A DNA stretch of 63,361 nucleotides. It comes from a virus. Lineage: Duplodnaviria; Caudoviricetes. The notes beneath the pieces are model-generated. The model did no database searches, was not told where the DNA came from, and saw only the letters and a list, made by a program, of their open reading frames with translations. Of this stretch, positions 49,315 to 59,449 are shown in pieces. Both the position numbers and the translations under genes were made by a program. Within the stretch, counting starts at the first letter, position 1. Each line of letters starts with the position of its first letter. Location of the stretch: the IMG/VR virus record IMGVR_UViG_3300027974_000039, positions 1-63,361 of that record. One strand, 5' to 3'.

Positions 49315-52300
49315 TGCAATCAGTAAGCCAAACAACTCTAGATAAACTAAATACATCTGCTTCATATTCAATGTCAGGTGGATGCTGGCTAGAATATAAT
49401 ATGAATGATTTAATTGATAAGGCAGCAGTTACAGCCACACCAGCTGATACTGCAACTCAAATAGATCCCATTACTGGTAAGACCTACCAGCCATTTAAAA
49501 AACTATTCCCCCTAACAAGTATAATAGATCCAAGAAGACCTGGAGTAGCAGGCATTAATTATTTTATATTAAACCAAAACGTTACTAACAGCATACCAAA
49601 ATATAATGTTTCATCAGACCTTCCAGTAAGAACTTATTTTTCTAGTCCTAAGAACCAATATAAATTTTGGGTTTCACCCAAATCTGGAGGAACAACTTTA
49701 GATAATTTTAGTTTTACTGTAGACTACCCAGTATCACAAACTGCTGTTGCAAATACAATAATTGTTAAATTTGAAACATCTTATTCTAAGCCATCCACAT
49801 GGTCTATAAAAATACAAGATCACGCAGGCACTGAAACAACAATATCGACAAATGGAGTTGTGCCAGACAATGGGGTATTTCAGTTATACTGGAATGGATC
49901 CTCATGGTCTACTACAAAATTTACAATACCTTCTGCTCCAGTTAATATTAAAAAAATTATTGTAGCAGTAAATACAATTAGCGTTGCCAACTCTTATCTT
50001 GGAGTAATAGAGGTTGGAGCAAGATATATTCAAGACGTATCAAATAGAATAGTTTCTTTTCAAGTTTCAAAAACTTCATCTGATGACTCATCTGGCATTG
50101 TTCCAGTTGGATCAGTAACCTCAAACGCTTTATCAATGTCACTAGAAGGATATGATAAAAAGGGTATTGAGTATGATAAGACGATGCCATTTAACAAAGA
50201 CAATATTAATCTATACAAGAATGTAAAGGTGTCCCCATTCAATAAAATAGGAGACGATGTTATCCCACAGGGAGTATTTTATATAGATTCATTTACATTG
50301 TCAGAGTTTGGAGACATTGACATACAAGGGCTAGACGGAGCAAAGTTTTTACAAGAGATCCTTGCTCCAGATATTGTAATTCAAAATGCCCCATCACAAG
50401 CAATAATAAGAAGACTTTTAGATAGCGTAGGATTTACTCAATATAATTTTAATACATATGGTAAGGGCAATACAAACAAAGTTGACTCTGCTACCATAGT
50501 CCCATTGTATTGGTTTACAGAAGATACAAAGACAGTGTGGCAGCATATTCAAGAGTTATGTAGAGATACGCAAATGATAGCGACATTTGATAATAATGAC
50601 ATGCTTCAATTCTATCCTAGAGATTATTTATTTGATAAAACAAGAACATCTAGTTTTAAATTTAGAAGCGAAACCAAAGGTACTAATATCCCCAACATAA
50701 TATCTTTAACTAAAGAAACAGTTCCATCTGTTAAAGCTGTAAAAGTAATATACACTCCAATTATTAGCACAAACTATCAGGGGTCTTCAGATAACCTTTA
50801 TGTTTCTCCACCAGCTGCTATTGGTGCAGCCGCATTACAGACTACTTTATTAGCAACTGCTCCAGCTGAAACAGATGCACTAAAAGGCGTAGTATCTTTA
50901 TCTCCTATAAGTGTATACAGCGAGTTGGCAGATACATCTTTTTATAATAAAGCTGGATACTTCCTGATTAACAATGAAATAATTGAATATGATGCAATTG
51001 AATTTCAATATGAACCTCTTTCTGCTCCTAATACAGTTATAAAGAAATGGATAACATCAGACTCAGACATTGCTAAATTTCTTGGGGAAAGCAAGATCAA
51101 TTCATTTAAGCCTACTCTTAGATATAGAATTAAAGAAAGAAATGCATTTAATGCAACTGGTAAAGGTATTGGTGTTGGAGAAAACCATTTAGTAAATATT
51201 GATTCATTAAAAGAAGAATGGACTGGGTCTAGGCTAAACTTAAAAGATAAAACAAATATTAGCGACGCAGCAGCATTTTCATTAAGACAAACAGATGGAT
51301 CTGGAACTTCAATATCTAGATCTTTGCTTACAATAGTTGCCCCTCAAGCATCTAAAGAATATTACTGTGCTTCAATTAATCCAGATATAAACTTTACATC
51401 ACAAAAATATTTTTCAATTGGGACAGCTTTATTTTTTAAACTAGCAAAAGCAGGAACAGGCAGAACAACTGGAGAGCAGTATGTATCTGCTGGATTAGGC
51501 ATAGGTCTTGACGCCAATAACTTAAATGGGTATATTTTAAAAATTGGAACTTCTCAAAATGTAGCAAACAAAGGATTAAACTATAGAGACGTACAGTTAT
51601 ATAAAATAGTTAATGGAGTAGAGACTGCAGTTTCTGATACTCAAAAAACAGAAGATGTATCAATTACTGGAGTATCTGGGGGAGAATTTTATAGAGTAGA
51701 CGTAAGAGTTTCTCAAGCAACAACTGGTAAAATAATATTTAAAATTAAATTTAATAATTCAGTTATAACAGCAACAGACTCTGAGCCAATAGCATTAGGA
51801 AATAAAATTGCATTAGTTGGTATGCAAGGCGAAGTAGCTTTTGACTATGCATATATCTCGTCATTAAAGAAAGAAGATTTTACTGGCTCTTATTCTTATG
51901 ACAACTATGGCTCATATGTTGGGTCAGCTACAGAGCTAAAAAATGTATTTGGTGACTTTATAGCTATTGGATCTGCCTCTACTATTCCAAGTCCATGGAT
52001 AAAAGAATTTGGTCCTGTTGCAAGAGAAATTAAAAAGATATCAACTAAATATGCAACTAGACCAGGGTTTGTAAAATACCCTCAAATAATATTAAACCCT
52101 AACGTAACATTATTAGGATATGATGCCAACTCATTTGGAATAGATGCTTATATTTTAAATAACACTGGAGCATTTGTTGATTTAGCAGACGGTGGACAAA
52201 AGAGTTTTATTGTAGTTGGAGAAACAGTTGCCCCATTAGATCCATTTGAGTATATTGATCCAGATTTATCTGCAACTAAAAATGATGAGCAGGTTGCATT

Positions 52301-52577
52301 TGAATCTATGTGGATACAAAAAGAGTCGGAAGCAATGGAGCTTTCTAAATGGATGAGAACACAATGGTCTAAACAGCAAACAGTAATTCAAATAGATGTA
52401 TTCCCTAATCCTATTATTGAAACAGGAGATGTGGTGGAGATATCTTATCCTAATAACTTGGTATATTCAACTGAGGATACTGGTAAAACGGCTGGCAAAT
52501 ATATTGTACTAGATATTGAGCAGGGGTATAGTCAGGCTCCATCTACAAAGCTTACCTGTAGGTCGATTTATGTTTAA
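49314..52577 (+). CDS. Tail tip/baseplate hub protein
   Basis: GVFYID, W..IQEL.......FD....LQF, NP.IE.GDVV; start placed at ATG 49314. Confidence 0.75.
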   Translation: MQSVSQTTLDKLNTSASYSMSGGCWLEYNMNDLIDKAAVTATPADTATQIDPITGKTYQPFKKLFPLTSIIDPRRPGVAGINYFILNQNVTNSIPKYNVSSDLPVRTYFSSPKNQYKFWVSPKSGGTTLDNFSFTVDYPVSQTAVANTIIVKFETSYSKPSTWSIKIQDHAGTETTISTNGVVPDNGVFQLYWNGSSWSTTKFTIPSAPVNIKKIIVAVNTISVANSYLGVIEVGARYIQDVSNRIVSFQVSKTSSDDSSGIVPVGSVTSNALSMSLEGYDKKGIEYDKTMPFNKDNINLYKNVKVSPFNKIGDDVIPQGVFYIDSFTLSEFGDIDIQGLDGAKFLQEILAPDIVIQNAPSQAIIRRLLDSVGFTQYNFNTYGKGNTNKVDSATIVPLYWFTEDTKTVWQHIQELCRDTQMIATFDNNDMLQFYPRDYLFDKTRTSSFKFRSETKGTNIPNIISLTKETVPSVKAVKVIYTPIISTNYQGSSDNLYVSPPAAIGAAALQTTLLATAPAETDALKGVVSLSPISVYSELADTSFYNKAGYFLINNEIIEYDAIEFQYEPLSAPNTVIKKWITSDSDIAKFLGESKINSFKPTLRYRIKERNAFNATGKGIGVGENHLVNIDSLKEEWTGSRLNLKDKTNISDAAAFSLRQTDGSGTSISRSLLTIVAPQASKEYYCASINPDINFTSQKYFSIGTALFFKLAKAGTGRTTGEQYVSAGLGIGLDANNLNGYILKIGTSQNVANKGLNYRDVQLYKIVNGVETAVSDTQKTEDVSITGVSGGEFYRVDVRVSQATTGKIIFKIKFNNSVITATDSEPIALGNKIALVGMQGEVAFDYAYISSLKKEDFTGSYSYDNYGSYVGSATELKNVFGDFIAIGSASTIPSPWIKEFGPVAREIKKISTKYATRPGFVKYPQIILNPNVTLLGYDANSFGIDAYILNNTGAFVDLADGGQKSFIVVGETVAPLDPFEYIDPDLSATKNDEQVAFESMWIQKESEAMELSKWMRTQWSKQQTVIQIDVFPNPIIETGDVVEISYPNNLVYSTEDTGKTAGKYIVLDIEQGYSQAPSTKLTCRSIYV

Positions 52578-52597
52578 TGAAATGGTAGAATCTTAGT

Positions 52598-53005
52598 ATG
52601 GCTACAAAAAAACCAAGAATAGGAAAGTCGCAAATTGCTGGCGGAGTTAAAGTCCAGCTACCAATAGACTCACCCCTAATTGGAGTATTAAAAACAGATC
52701 AATATGATATTGTAAATGTATATACCAATCAAATAGATAAGACATATATTGCTTCATCTCCAGACAACAACGATGACCCTGATGAAAATGATGATAATTA
52801 TCCAGACGATCCCATAGATACATCTGATGCACCAAATTTAGAAGATATAGTATTAATTGGAACTACTGGTAAAAGATATTCATCTGGACAAACAATAACT
52901 GACCCAGAAATATATTATGACGCAAACAATAACAGATTACTTAGAGTTACTTTCGAAGTTAAAAATAGTGTTGGAGAAACTGTAAAGGGAGTAATGATAA
53001 TATGA
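52598..53005 (+). CDS. Hypothetical tail-region protein
   Basis: 135 aa with an acidic linker; leaderless-type promoter upstream. Confidence 0.65.
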   Translation: MATKKPRIGKSQIAGGVKVQLPIDSPLIGVLKTDQYDIVNVYTNQIDKTYIASSPDNNDDPDENDDNYPDDPIDTSDAPNLEDIVLIGTTGKRYSSGQTITDPEIYYDANNNRLLRVTFEVKNSVGETVKGVMII

Positions 53006-53892
53006 TAACAAAATTTGGTAAAAGATTTATAACATCTTATTTAGCAAGTGGACTTAATTTTAATCAAAAAGATATTGCTATTGGAATAGGGTCACAAACA
53101 CCAACTCTTAATGACTCAGACATGCAGTTTGAATTTTACAGATCAGGAGTTTTTCTTGGGAGCTCTGACATACAAACAAATACAGCAACTGGAGAAACAA
53201 CATATTCTGTAGTTTATAAAACTACATTGCCTACAGATGTTGAAGGAATTATATCAGAGATTGGAATATTCCCTACTGGATTTATTCAGAATACAGACTA
53301 CTCATCCAAATACATATCATCATTTGAAGATACTACACAGTGGGCAGATTCAACTGGAGCTCAACCAACATCAGTATCAACGCCAACTCCAAGGATAGGA
53401 TCTTCATATTTTTCTGTTACAGCAACATCAGGACAATCAAAATCATACAGTTTAAATACTGTTTTTGATCTTTCTGGATATGGAGTAGAAGATTCTATGA
53501 CTCTTGCTTTTTATCAATCAGATTTAAATTTAGATTATATTTATGCTAGATTTTATAGCTCACCAACTAACTATAAAGAAATAAGATTTCCTGGATATTC
53601 AACAATTGGTCAAAAAATTTCATTACCAATTAAATTATCTAGTTTATTTAACTCAACATTTTCGTCTACTGGATCAACAGATTTTTCTAAAATTACTACA
53701 ATAGAAATAGGAGCCAAAGCTAAATCTTCAGGAAATGCAAATGTTTTATTAGATGGATTAAGACTAAACGATGAAGATAGATACAATAGTCAATATGGTT
53801 TAATTAGTAGATCTATACTTACTACGCCTATAGTAAAAACCCTTGGAGTAGAGATGGACATTGAGTATAAGATAGACTTAGGATTTTTATAA
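53002..53892 (+). CDS. Minor tail protein
   Basis: MIT..G...I...L, IAIG.G, L.FE.YR-like, ISEIG.F, IEY motifs of fibre-attachment proteins. Confidence 0.7.
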   Translation: MITKFGKRFITSYLASGLNFNQKDIAIGIGSQTPTLNDSDMQFEFYRSGVFLGSSDIQTNTATGETTYSVVYKTTLPTDVEGIISEIGIFPTGFIQNTDYSSKYISSFEDTTQWADSTGAQPTSVSTPTPRIGSSYFSVTATSGQSKSYSLNTVFDLSGYGVEDSMTLAFYQSDLNLDYIYARFYSSPTNYKEIRFPGYSTIGQKISLPIKLSSLFNSTFSSTGSTDFSKITTIEIGAKAKSSGNANVLLDGLRLNDEDRYNSQYGLISRSILTTPIVKTLGVEMDIEYKIDLGFL

Positions 53893-56408
53893 TGCCTGAT
53901 AAATATTCACCACCAGACTTAAGTAAAACAGCTGCAGGAGCTGCAGCAGCAGCTAATCAAACAACTGCAGATTCCTTTGTTATTAAAAAATCAGGATTAA
54001 ATGTTGTAATGAATGCTAAATATCAATTTTCATTTTCATATTTATATGCTGATCCAAATAATGCTTCAAACCTTATTCCTGGAACAAGATCTCCAAATTT
54101 TATTGTTACACTACAAACTCCTGATTTAACTCAACCAGTAACAAATTTAGTTGTTACTCCAGGACTTCTTTCTTACTCAGTAAAATGGGATTTAATAGAT
54201 AAAGCACTTACTGCTAATAAATGGCTAATAGATATACAAATATATGAAAGTTTAACTGGAGCATTTGCAGGAGAAGAATATTTAGTTTGGGACGGTAATG
54301 GAAGTTCTGCAACGATACTTGTTTCAAATACAGCAAACAGATGGATACGTGTAGATACAAGAGATCAAGATTATAGAAAGAAAAGTGCATTTTCTGGTAT
54401 GTTTAAAGCAACAGATCCAATTGTTGTAGACACGGTTGGTCCAGATAATGTTACTTCAGTTAGTTCTACTAGCGGTATTGATACAACTGGATATTTGGGA
54501 TTTAATGCATATGCAAATATATCTTGGCCAGCAGTAACAGGCAAAGGTATAAGAGGATATAGAATTAGATTTAGTAATGATAATGGAGCTACTTATTCCT
54601 ATGTTGATTCTCCAGGCACTGGAACAACTTATAAACTTGCAGGGCTTGCTATTGGATCAACATATAAAATAGCAGTTGCAACATATGATGAATACAATAA
54701 TACATCATCCTCATATGTATCTGGATCAGATGTTACAGTTACGGGAACACCATCTGTATCAAATTATATTTCTGGAGGTCCATTTCAATTTGGCGTAGGT
54801 GTAGGATCTGTTTCTACAAATAAAGGATTATATTTTGACGCTAGCAACTACTGGTATGTTAATGCTACCAATAGCGCAAGACTTAAGGTTGGCGGAGCAT
54901 CAAGCAACTACCTTTTGTGGGATGGCTCAACTTTTGCGATAGACGGAAATATTACTGCAAGAGGCGGAACGTTTAGCGGAAACATATTTATGTCTACTTC
55001 TGGTGCATCAATTTATAATGGAACTATTGATGCCACTACTGGTAATTTAACTGGCAATGGGTTTGCATTAAATTCAACAGGACTTAAAGTAGCTAATGGA
55101 ACTAACTCAGTAACAATCGCAGCAGCAACTGGAACTATTACTGCAAATGCAGGATCAATTGGTGGATGGACTTTAAGCGGTAATACCCTTTCTAAGAATA
55201 ATGTTATATTAGACAGTACTGGTCAAATACAAGTTGGTTCATCTGCAACATCTAGCATTTATTTAAACTCATCTAATGCTAGCTTTCTTATGTGGGCTGG
55301 CAATAATACTCCAGATTCAAATGCAAAATTTAGAGTAGGAACAGACGGAACTTTATATGCTAGAAATGCAGTGTTTGGAGCAGGAACATCTGTAGAAGGC
55401 TATGCAACTTCTGGACAATTAAGTGCGGTTGATACAAAAGCTACTAATGCAGCATCATCTGCATCAACAGCATCAACAAATGCATCTACTGCATTAACTA
55501 ATGCACAAACTGCAGCAACAGATGCCAATACAGCAAAAGTTGCAGCTGCCGCAGCAAAAGCAATTGCAGACGCAGCTCTTCCATCAACAAGTTTTGATCG
55601 AGCTGCTATTGTTGCAAAAATAAGCACTAGTACAGATACAACAAGAATTGATGGCGGATTATTAAAAACAGGAACTGTTTCAGCCGATGCCGTAGTAACA
55701 GATTTTATTTCTGCATTTTCAATTAATGCTAGCAAGATTACTACGGGAACTATATCTGGAATTAAAGGCATATTCACAGATGGAGAAGTTGGCGGGTTTA
55801 CATTAGGTAATGCAGACTTAACTGCAAGTACTTCAAAACTTCCCAGAATAATTTTTGGAAACAAAGTATTACTTGGCTATGATTCAAGTAACGGAGTATA
55901 CACATTAAATGCTGGAAATCCATATACAGATTCGGGTGGCTCATTCTATGTAAATACAAACTCAAACGTATTTAGATTTGCAGCAGATTCAGCATCAAGA
56001 TCTTATGCAGCTGAAATTAGAAATACTGTAAGGGCAAGAACCTTTAGATATATAGTAGAGTCTGTACTAGATAGCTCGTCTAGAAGATTCAAAGAAAATA
56101 TTGTTGATGTTCCAAAACATTACTATGAAAGAATATTAAAGGTTAAACCTACTTTTTTTACTTATATAAATAATCACCCAGAGACACAACCTGAAGTATG
56201 GGGAAATCATGGAATGGGTCCAATAGTTGAAGATTTGGAAGAGGCAGGACTAGGAATATTTGTTGAAAGAAATTTAAATGGACAACCAACCTCACTTAGA
56301 AATCCACAAAATATGGCATTTTTACTTATACCAGTAGTTAGAGATCTTAAAGCCCAGGTTGATACGCTTGAGGCAAGGCTAATAGAATTGGAGGGGAATA
56401 ATGTTTAA
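53892..56408 (+). CDS. Tail fibre with FN3 domains and C-terminal S74-like chaperone
   Basis: ISWP...GYRIR...GL.IG.TY.IAV..YD FN3; G.IGGW repeats; SSRRFKENI. Confidence 0.8.
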   Translation: MPDKYSPPDLSKTAAGAAAAANQTTADSFVIKKSGLNVVMNAKYQFSFSYLYADPNNASNLIPGTRSPNFIVTLQTPDLTQPVTNLVVTPGLLSYSVKWDLIDKALTANKWLIDIQIYESLTGAFAGEEYLVWDGNGSSATILVSNTANRWIRVDTRDQDYRKKSAFSGMFKATDPIVVDTVGPDNVTSVSSTSGIDTTGYLGFNAYANISWPAVTGKGIRGYRIRFSNDNGATYSYVDSPGTGTTYKLAGLAIGSTYKIAVATYDEYNNTSSSYVSGSDVTVTGTPSVSNYISGGPFQFGVGVGSVSTNKGLYFDASNYWYVNATNSARLKVGGASSNYLLWDGSTFAIDGNITARGGTFSGNIFMSTSGASIYNGTIDATTGNLTGNGFALNSTGLKVANGTNSVTIAAATGTITANAGSIGGWTLSGNTLSKNNVILDSTGQIQVGSSATSSIYLNSSNASFLMWAGNNTPDSNAKFRVGTDGTLYARNAVFGAGTSVEGYATSGQLSAVDTKATNAASSASTASTNASTALTNAQTAATDANTAKVAAAAAKAIADAALPSTSFDRAAIVAKISTSTDTTRIDGGLLKTGTVSADAVVTDFISAFSINASKITTGTISGIKGIFTDGEVGGFTLGNADLTASTSKLPRIIFGNKVLLGYDSSNGVYTLNAGNPYTDSGGSFYVNTNSNVFRFAADSASRSYAAEIRNTVRARTFRYIVESVLDSSSRRFKENIVDVPKHYYERILKVKPTFFTYINNHPETQPEVWGNHGMGPIVEDLEEAGLGIFVERNLNGQPTSLRNPQNMAFLLIPVVRDLKAQVDTLEARLIELEGNNV

Positions 56409-56604
56409 ATTTTTTTGTTCTATATGTGCAGACGATAAAGATCTTTATGCTGAAGAGCTAGATATGAGTTATGCTTATGCAATATGCCCAGATTGTGGTA
56501 ATACTTTAAAAGAAACTTATGCAAGGCATGATAATATTACAGAGTCTGAAATGACAACTGAATCATACTTTTCCAATAATGGACTAGACACAAATACCCC
56601 ATAA
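56401..56604 (+). CDS. Small zinc-ribbon protein
   Basis: CSIC...CPDCG. Confidence 0.65.
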   Translation: MFKFFCSICADDKDLYAEELDMSYAYAICPDCGNTLKETYARHDNITESEMTTESYFSNNGLDTNTP

Positions 56605-56635
56605 TGGTATACTGTAAATCTATCAAGGAGATATA

Positions 56636-56785
56636 ATGGATAATAAATTAGAATTAGTAATAACAGCATTGCAGCAACGCATTGGAGAGCTTGTCTCACA
56701 ATATGAGACACATATTGCATTGCTTCGTGCAGAAATTACACAGATCCAGCAAGTACAAAATCCTGTGGAGTCAGAGGAGAAATAA
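56636..56785 (+). CDS. Small coiled-coil protein (49 aa)
   Basis: MDNKLELVITALQQRIGELVSQYETHIALLRAEITQ...; AAGGAG SD; not in the ORF track. Confidence 0.7.
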   Translation: MDNKLELVITALQQRIGELVSQYETHIALLRAEITQIQQVQNPVESEEK

Positions 56786-56786
56786 A

Positions 56787-57209
56787 ATGGCAGAACAATT
56801 ACAACCAATGCCTGTAAATCCAGGGGATCCAATAACATCAGAGTTGTTGTCTAACATTGTGTCTAATATTAACATAATAAATAGTTTATCTAATAGTCTT
56901 AGCAGTAGCCCAACAGCAGATCCTACCCCTGCTGCTAGTGCAATACAAATTCAATCTGGACGAATAAAGATTACGGCTAACAAAGACGGCAAAACTGTTA
57001 CCGCAGTGAAATTTAAAAAAGATTTTGATGCTCAACCAAATATTGTGTGCTCAATTTGGCAGTCATCTGGAGCAGCAATATTAATCAATAAATATCAACC
57101 AATAGTAACTGCTGCATCAAATACAGGATTTTCAATACAAGCTCAAAATGTAGGAGCAACCGCTGGAGGTTCTTTTTACGTAAATTGGATTGCTTGTAGT
57201 ACAACATAG
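56787..57209 (+). CDS. Short fibre/H-type lectin-like domain protein
   Basis: GDPIT...L..I..NI head; V.F...F...P.IV...TGF......VNWIA; start placed at ATG 56787 after GAGGAG. Confidence 0.7.
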   Translation: MAEQLQPMPVNPGDPITSELLSNIVSNINIINSLSNSLSSSPTADPTPAASAIQIQSGRIKITANKDGKTVTAVKFKKDFDAQPNIVCSIWQSSGAAILINKYQPIVTAASNTGFSIQAQNVGATAGGSFYVNWIACSTT

Positions 57210-57212
57210 GTA

Positions 57213-57240
57213 TTGACATTATGTAGCATTATGCTACAAT
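57213..57240 (+). promoter_or_regulatory. Housekeeping-sigma promoter of the replication module
   Basis: TTGACA-16 nt-TACAAT with extended TG. Confidence 0.7.
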
Positions 57241-57252
57241 TTTATTTATACT

Positions 57253-57278
57253 ATAGGCCATGAATATTCATGGCCTAT
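57253..57278. repeat. Perfect 26-bp palindrome (operator or 5' hairpin)
   Basis: ATAGGCCATGAATATTCATGGCCTAT. Confidence 0.85.
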
Positions 57279-57294
57279 TAACATTAAGGTAAAT

Positions 57295-58095
57295 ATGACA
57301 AACGATTTAAAATGGATGCTCTCGTCAGATCAACAGTTCCCGTATCAAGATGATAAGATGATTGAGCTATGGTTTAAGGTCATGAAATGGTTTAAGCCAG
57401 ATGTTGTTGACTACCTTGGGGATACAGACGACCAAGCATGCTATAGCAAATATACAGAAGGACGCTCAGCAGAATTTTTAAACTTTCATAAAACAGATAG
57501 CAGGGACCTTATCGTTCCAATGATGCGACACGAAGCAAAAGGCGCAAGAGATTTTTATGCAAAGACAAGAGATATGCTTCCAGAGGCTCAGTTATTTTCA
57601 GCACTTGGTAATCACGATGTAAGAATCTTTAACTATGTTGATGCAAAACTTCCAGACTACATAAATGAAGTTACACCAGAAGCATTATGGGGACTTGACT
57701 CATTAGGATATGAATATATTTATTATGATGAACTACCTAAGCGCCGCTTTGGAGATATTCACGTTCACCATGGACTTTCAATTGCAGCAACAGGATCTGC
57801 AAGAAAAGATATGGAAGACATGCAGGTATCTTTAATTCGTGGTCACTCACACAGAATTGCTTCTCATATGGTAACATACGAACTTAGAAACAATGGCGCT
57901 GGAGAAACTCTTCGTGGATACGAGATTGGTCATATGTGTGACGAAAAGGGTCCAGGAATGAAATATACACAACACCACGATTGGCAAAAGGGATTTGCTG
58001 TTGCACATATTGTTAATGACTATCCTCACATTCAAATGATCCACGTGTCACCAGATTACTCTTGCGTGGTGGATGGAAAGTTTTTTCAAGTATGA
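57295..58095 (+). CDS. Calcineurin-like metallophosphoesterase
   Basis: SD, LGD..D, GNHD, HHG, GHSH motifs. Confidence 0.88.
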   Translation: MTNDLKWMLSSDQQFPYQDDKMIELWFKVMKWFKPDVVDYLGDTDDQACYSKYTEGRSAEFLNFHKTDSRDLIVPMMRHEAKGARDFYAKTRDMLPEAQLFSALGNHDVRIFNYVDAKLPDYINEVTPEALWGLDSLGYEYIYYDELPKRRFGDIHVHHGLSIAATGSARKDMEDMQVSLIRGHSHRIASHMVTYELRNNGAGETLRGYEIGHMCDEKGPGMKYTQHHDWQKGFAVAHIVNDYPHIQMIHVSPDYSCVVDGKFFQV

Positions 58096-58280
58096 TCAAG
58101 TGTAATAAATGCGGAGGAAGAGTATTCGTTGATAGAGTATTCTCTCAAAAAATGCATATGGAACTATTTTGCATCATGTGCGGTAAACGCTGGATGATGA
58201 ATAAGCATACAAATAGGATGGGTAAATGGCTAGAGACACTAGAAGAAAATCACTCAAAGAAGTACGGTATTTCTTCTTAA
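58092..58280 (+). CDS. Zinc-ribbon protein
   Basis: CNKCGG...CIMCG; start at the ATGA overlap, 58092. Confidence 0.75.
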   Translation: MIKCNKCGGRVFVDRVFSQKMHMELFCIMCGKRWMMNKHTNRMGKWLETLEENHSKKYGISS

Positions 58281-58708
58281 ACGAAAAGATACACAAGACT
58301 CTTAGTCTATCTAGAGCCAAAGATCAGCTTATTGCTTGGTCTTATTTAGATAAGAAAAGAATGCTTTACCCATATTCAGAAGTAGATAAAAATATGGGGA
58401 GTGCTTATAGTATTGTTCAGGTTGCCTCAATGTTAAATAAGCATAGGGTTACAATACAAGACTACATTCTAGAAGGCAAAATAAAATCTCCACAAAAGAT
58501 TTATCCTATTGGCAGCGCTTCAGAAGATACTTGGTATAAGTATATGTTTAGCGACAAAGATATATTAGATCTACACCAATATATATTAGAGGCTGGACAT
58601 TCTAAAAATGTTCCATCTAAGGCAGAATTATTGGCTCTTCTCAAACACAGCTTTATATTGTATACTAAGACCGTAGACGGTTTTGTACCAGTATGGAAGG
58701 CGGAGTAA
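58226..58708 (+). CDS. Helix-turn-helix DNA-binding protein
   Basis: YSIVQVASMLNKHRVTIQDYILEGKI MerR/excisionase-type HTH. Confidence 0.75.
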   Translation: MARDTRRKSLKEVRYFFLNEKIHKTLSLSRAKDQLIAWSYLDKKRMLYPYSEVDKNMGSAYSIVQVASMLNKHRVTIQDYILEGKIKSPQKIYPIGSASEDTWYKYMFSDKDILDLHQYILEAGHSKNVPSKAELLALLKHSFILYTKTVDGFVPVWKAE

Positions 58709-58839
58709 TGAGTTACAACGCAATATATACACTTGAGACTGGCGCTTCTAAGAAGCGTAAGAGAGAAAAAGAAGTTGAGGAATGGAATTCAAAGAACGGC
58801 CCTGTTGTAGTGAAAAAGGTGGAAGATGGAAAAAAGTAG
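58708..58839 (+). CDS. Small basic protein (43 aa)
   Basis: MSYNAIYTLETGASKKRKREKEVEEW...; TAATG coupling. Confidence 0.55.
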   Translation: MSYNAIYTLETGASKKRKREKEVEEWNSKNGPVVVKKVEDGKK

Positions 58840-58939
58840 GGTAGTTACTTGTGATATTTGTAATCGGGATATAGAAGTTCGTTGGGGCATATTTGCCAGT
58901 GATACACTAACTAGACATAAGAAGGCGGAACATAAATGA
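58826..58939 (+). CDS. C2H2-type zinc-finger microprotein (37 aa)
   Basis: MEKSRVVTCDICNRDIEVRWGIFASDTLTRHKKAEHK; ATGA-coupled to the next gene. Confidence 0.65.
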   Translation: MEKSRVVTCDICNRDIEVRWGIFASDTLTRHKKAEHK

Positions 58940-59142
58940 CAACGAGAGTAAAGGTCGATCTTTCTTTTACTAGAAATCTTGGTAACTATGAAAGCATTAG
59001 GATTAATGTTGGCGTAGAAGATGATGTTCGTTCTGGGGAGACAGTTGATTCTGCCACCGAAAGGGTATACGCATTTGTAGAAAACAAGCTTGTTCAAAAG
59101 ACAAGCGAAGTAGAGGAAGAGCTTAAGAGTGGCAAACAATAG
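58936..59142 (+). CDS. Conserved-type phage replication-region protein
   Basis: TRNLGNYESIRI motif. Confidence 0.75.
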   Translation: MTTRVKVDLSFTRNLGNYESIRINVGVEDDVRSGETVDSATERVYAFVENKLVQKTSEVEEELKSGKQ

Positions 59143-59449
59143 AGAGCCATATATCCTTATGACAAATTACCAGAATCTTTACAAAGAGAAATATGGTAGA
59201 CTTCCTACACTAAACAAGTTTAGAGAAAAGTGGGCTATGCAAGATGTAATTGATAGCGTAGGATTTCATAAGGCAAATGATCTATTAAACTATTATTTTA
59301 GTCTAGAAAAAACGGGCCACCCACTGCAATTTTTTTATTATAACTTTGACAAAATGGAAAATGCTAGAATAGAACTACAAAAGGATATTGAGACACGCCG
59401 ACTACTGCGAGAGTCTACTAAGAAGATGGTGGAAGAGGGCGGGCTATGA
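59129..59449 (+). CDS. Hypothetical protein (helicase-associated)
   Basis: GTG start, coupled to the helicase gene. Confidence 0.65.
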   Translation: MANNREPYILMTNYQNLYKEKYGRLPTLNKFREKWAMQDVIDSVGFHKANDLLNYYFSLEKTGHPLQFFYYNFDKMENARIELQKDIETRRLLRESTKKMVEEGGL

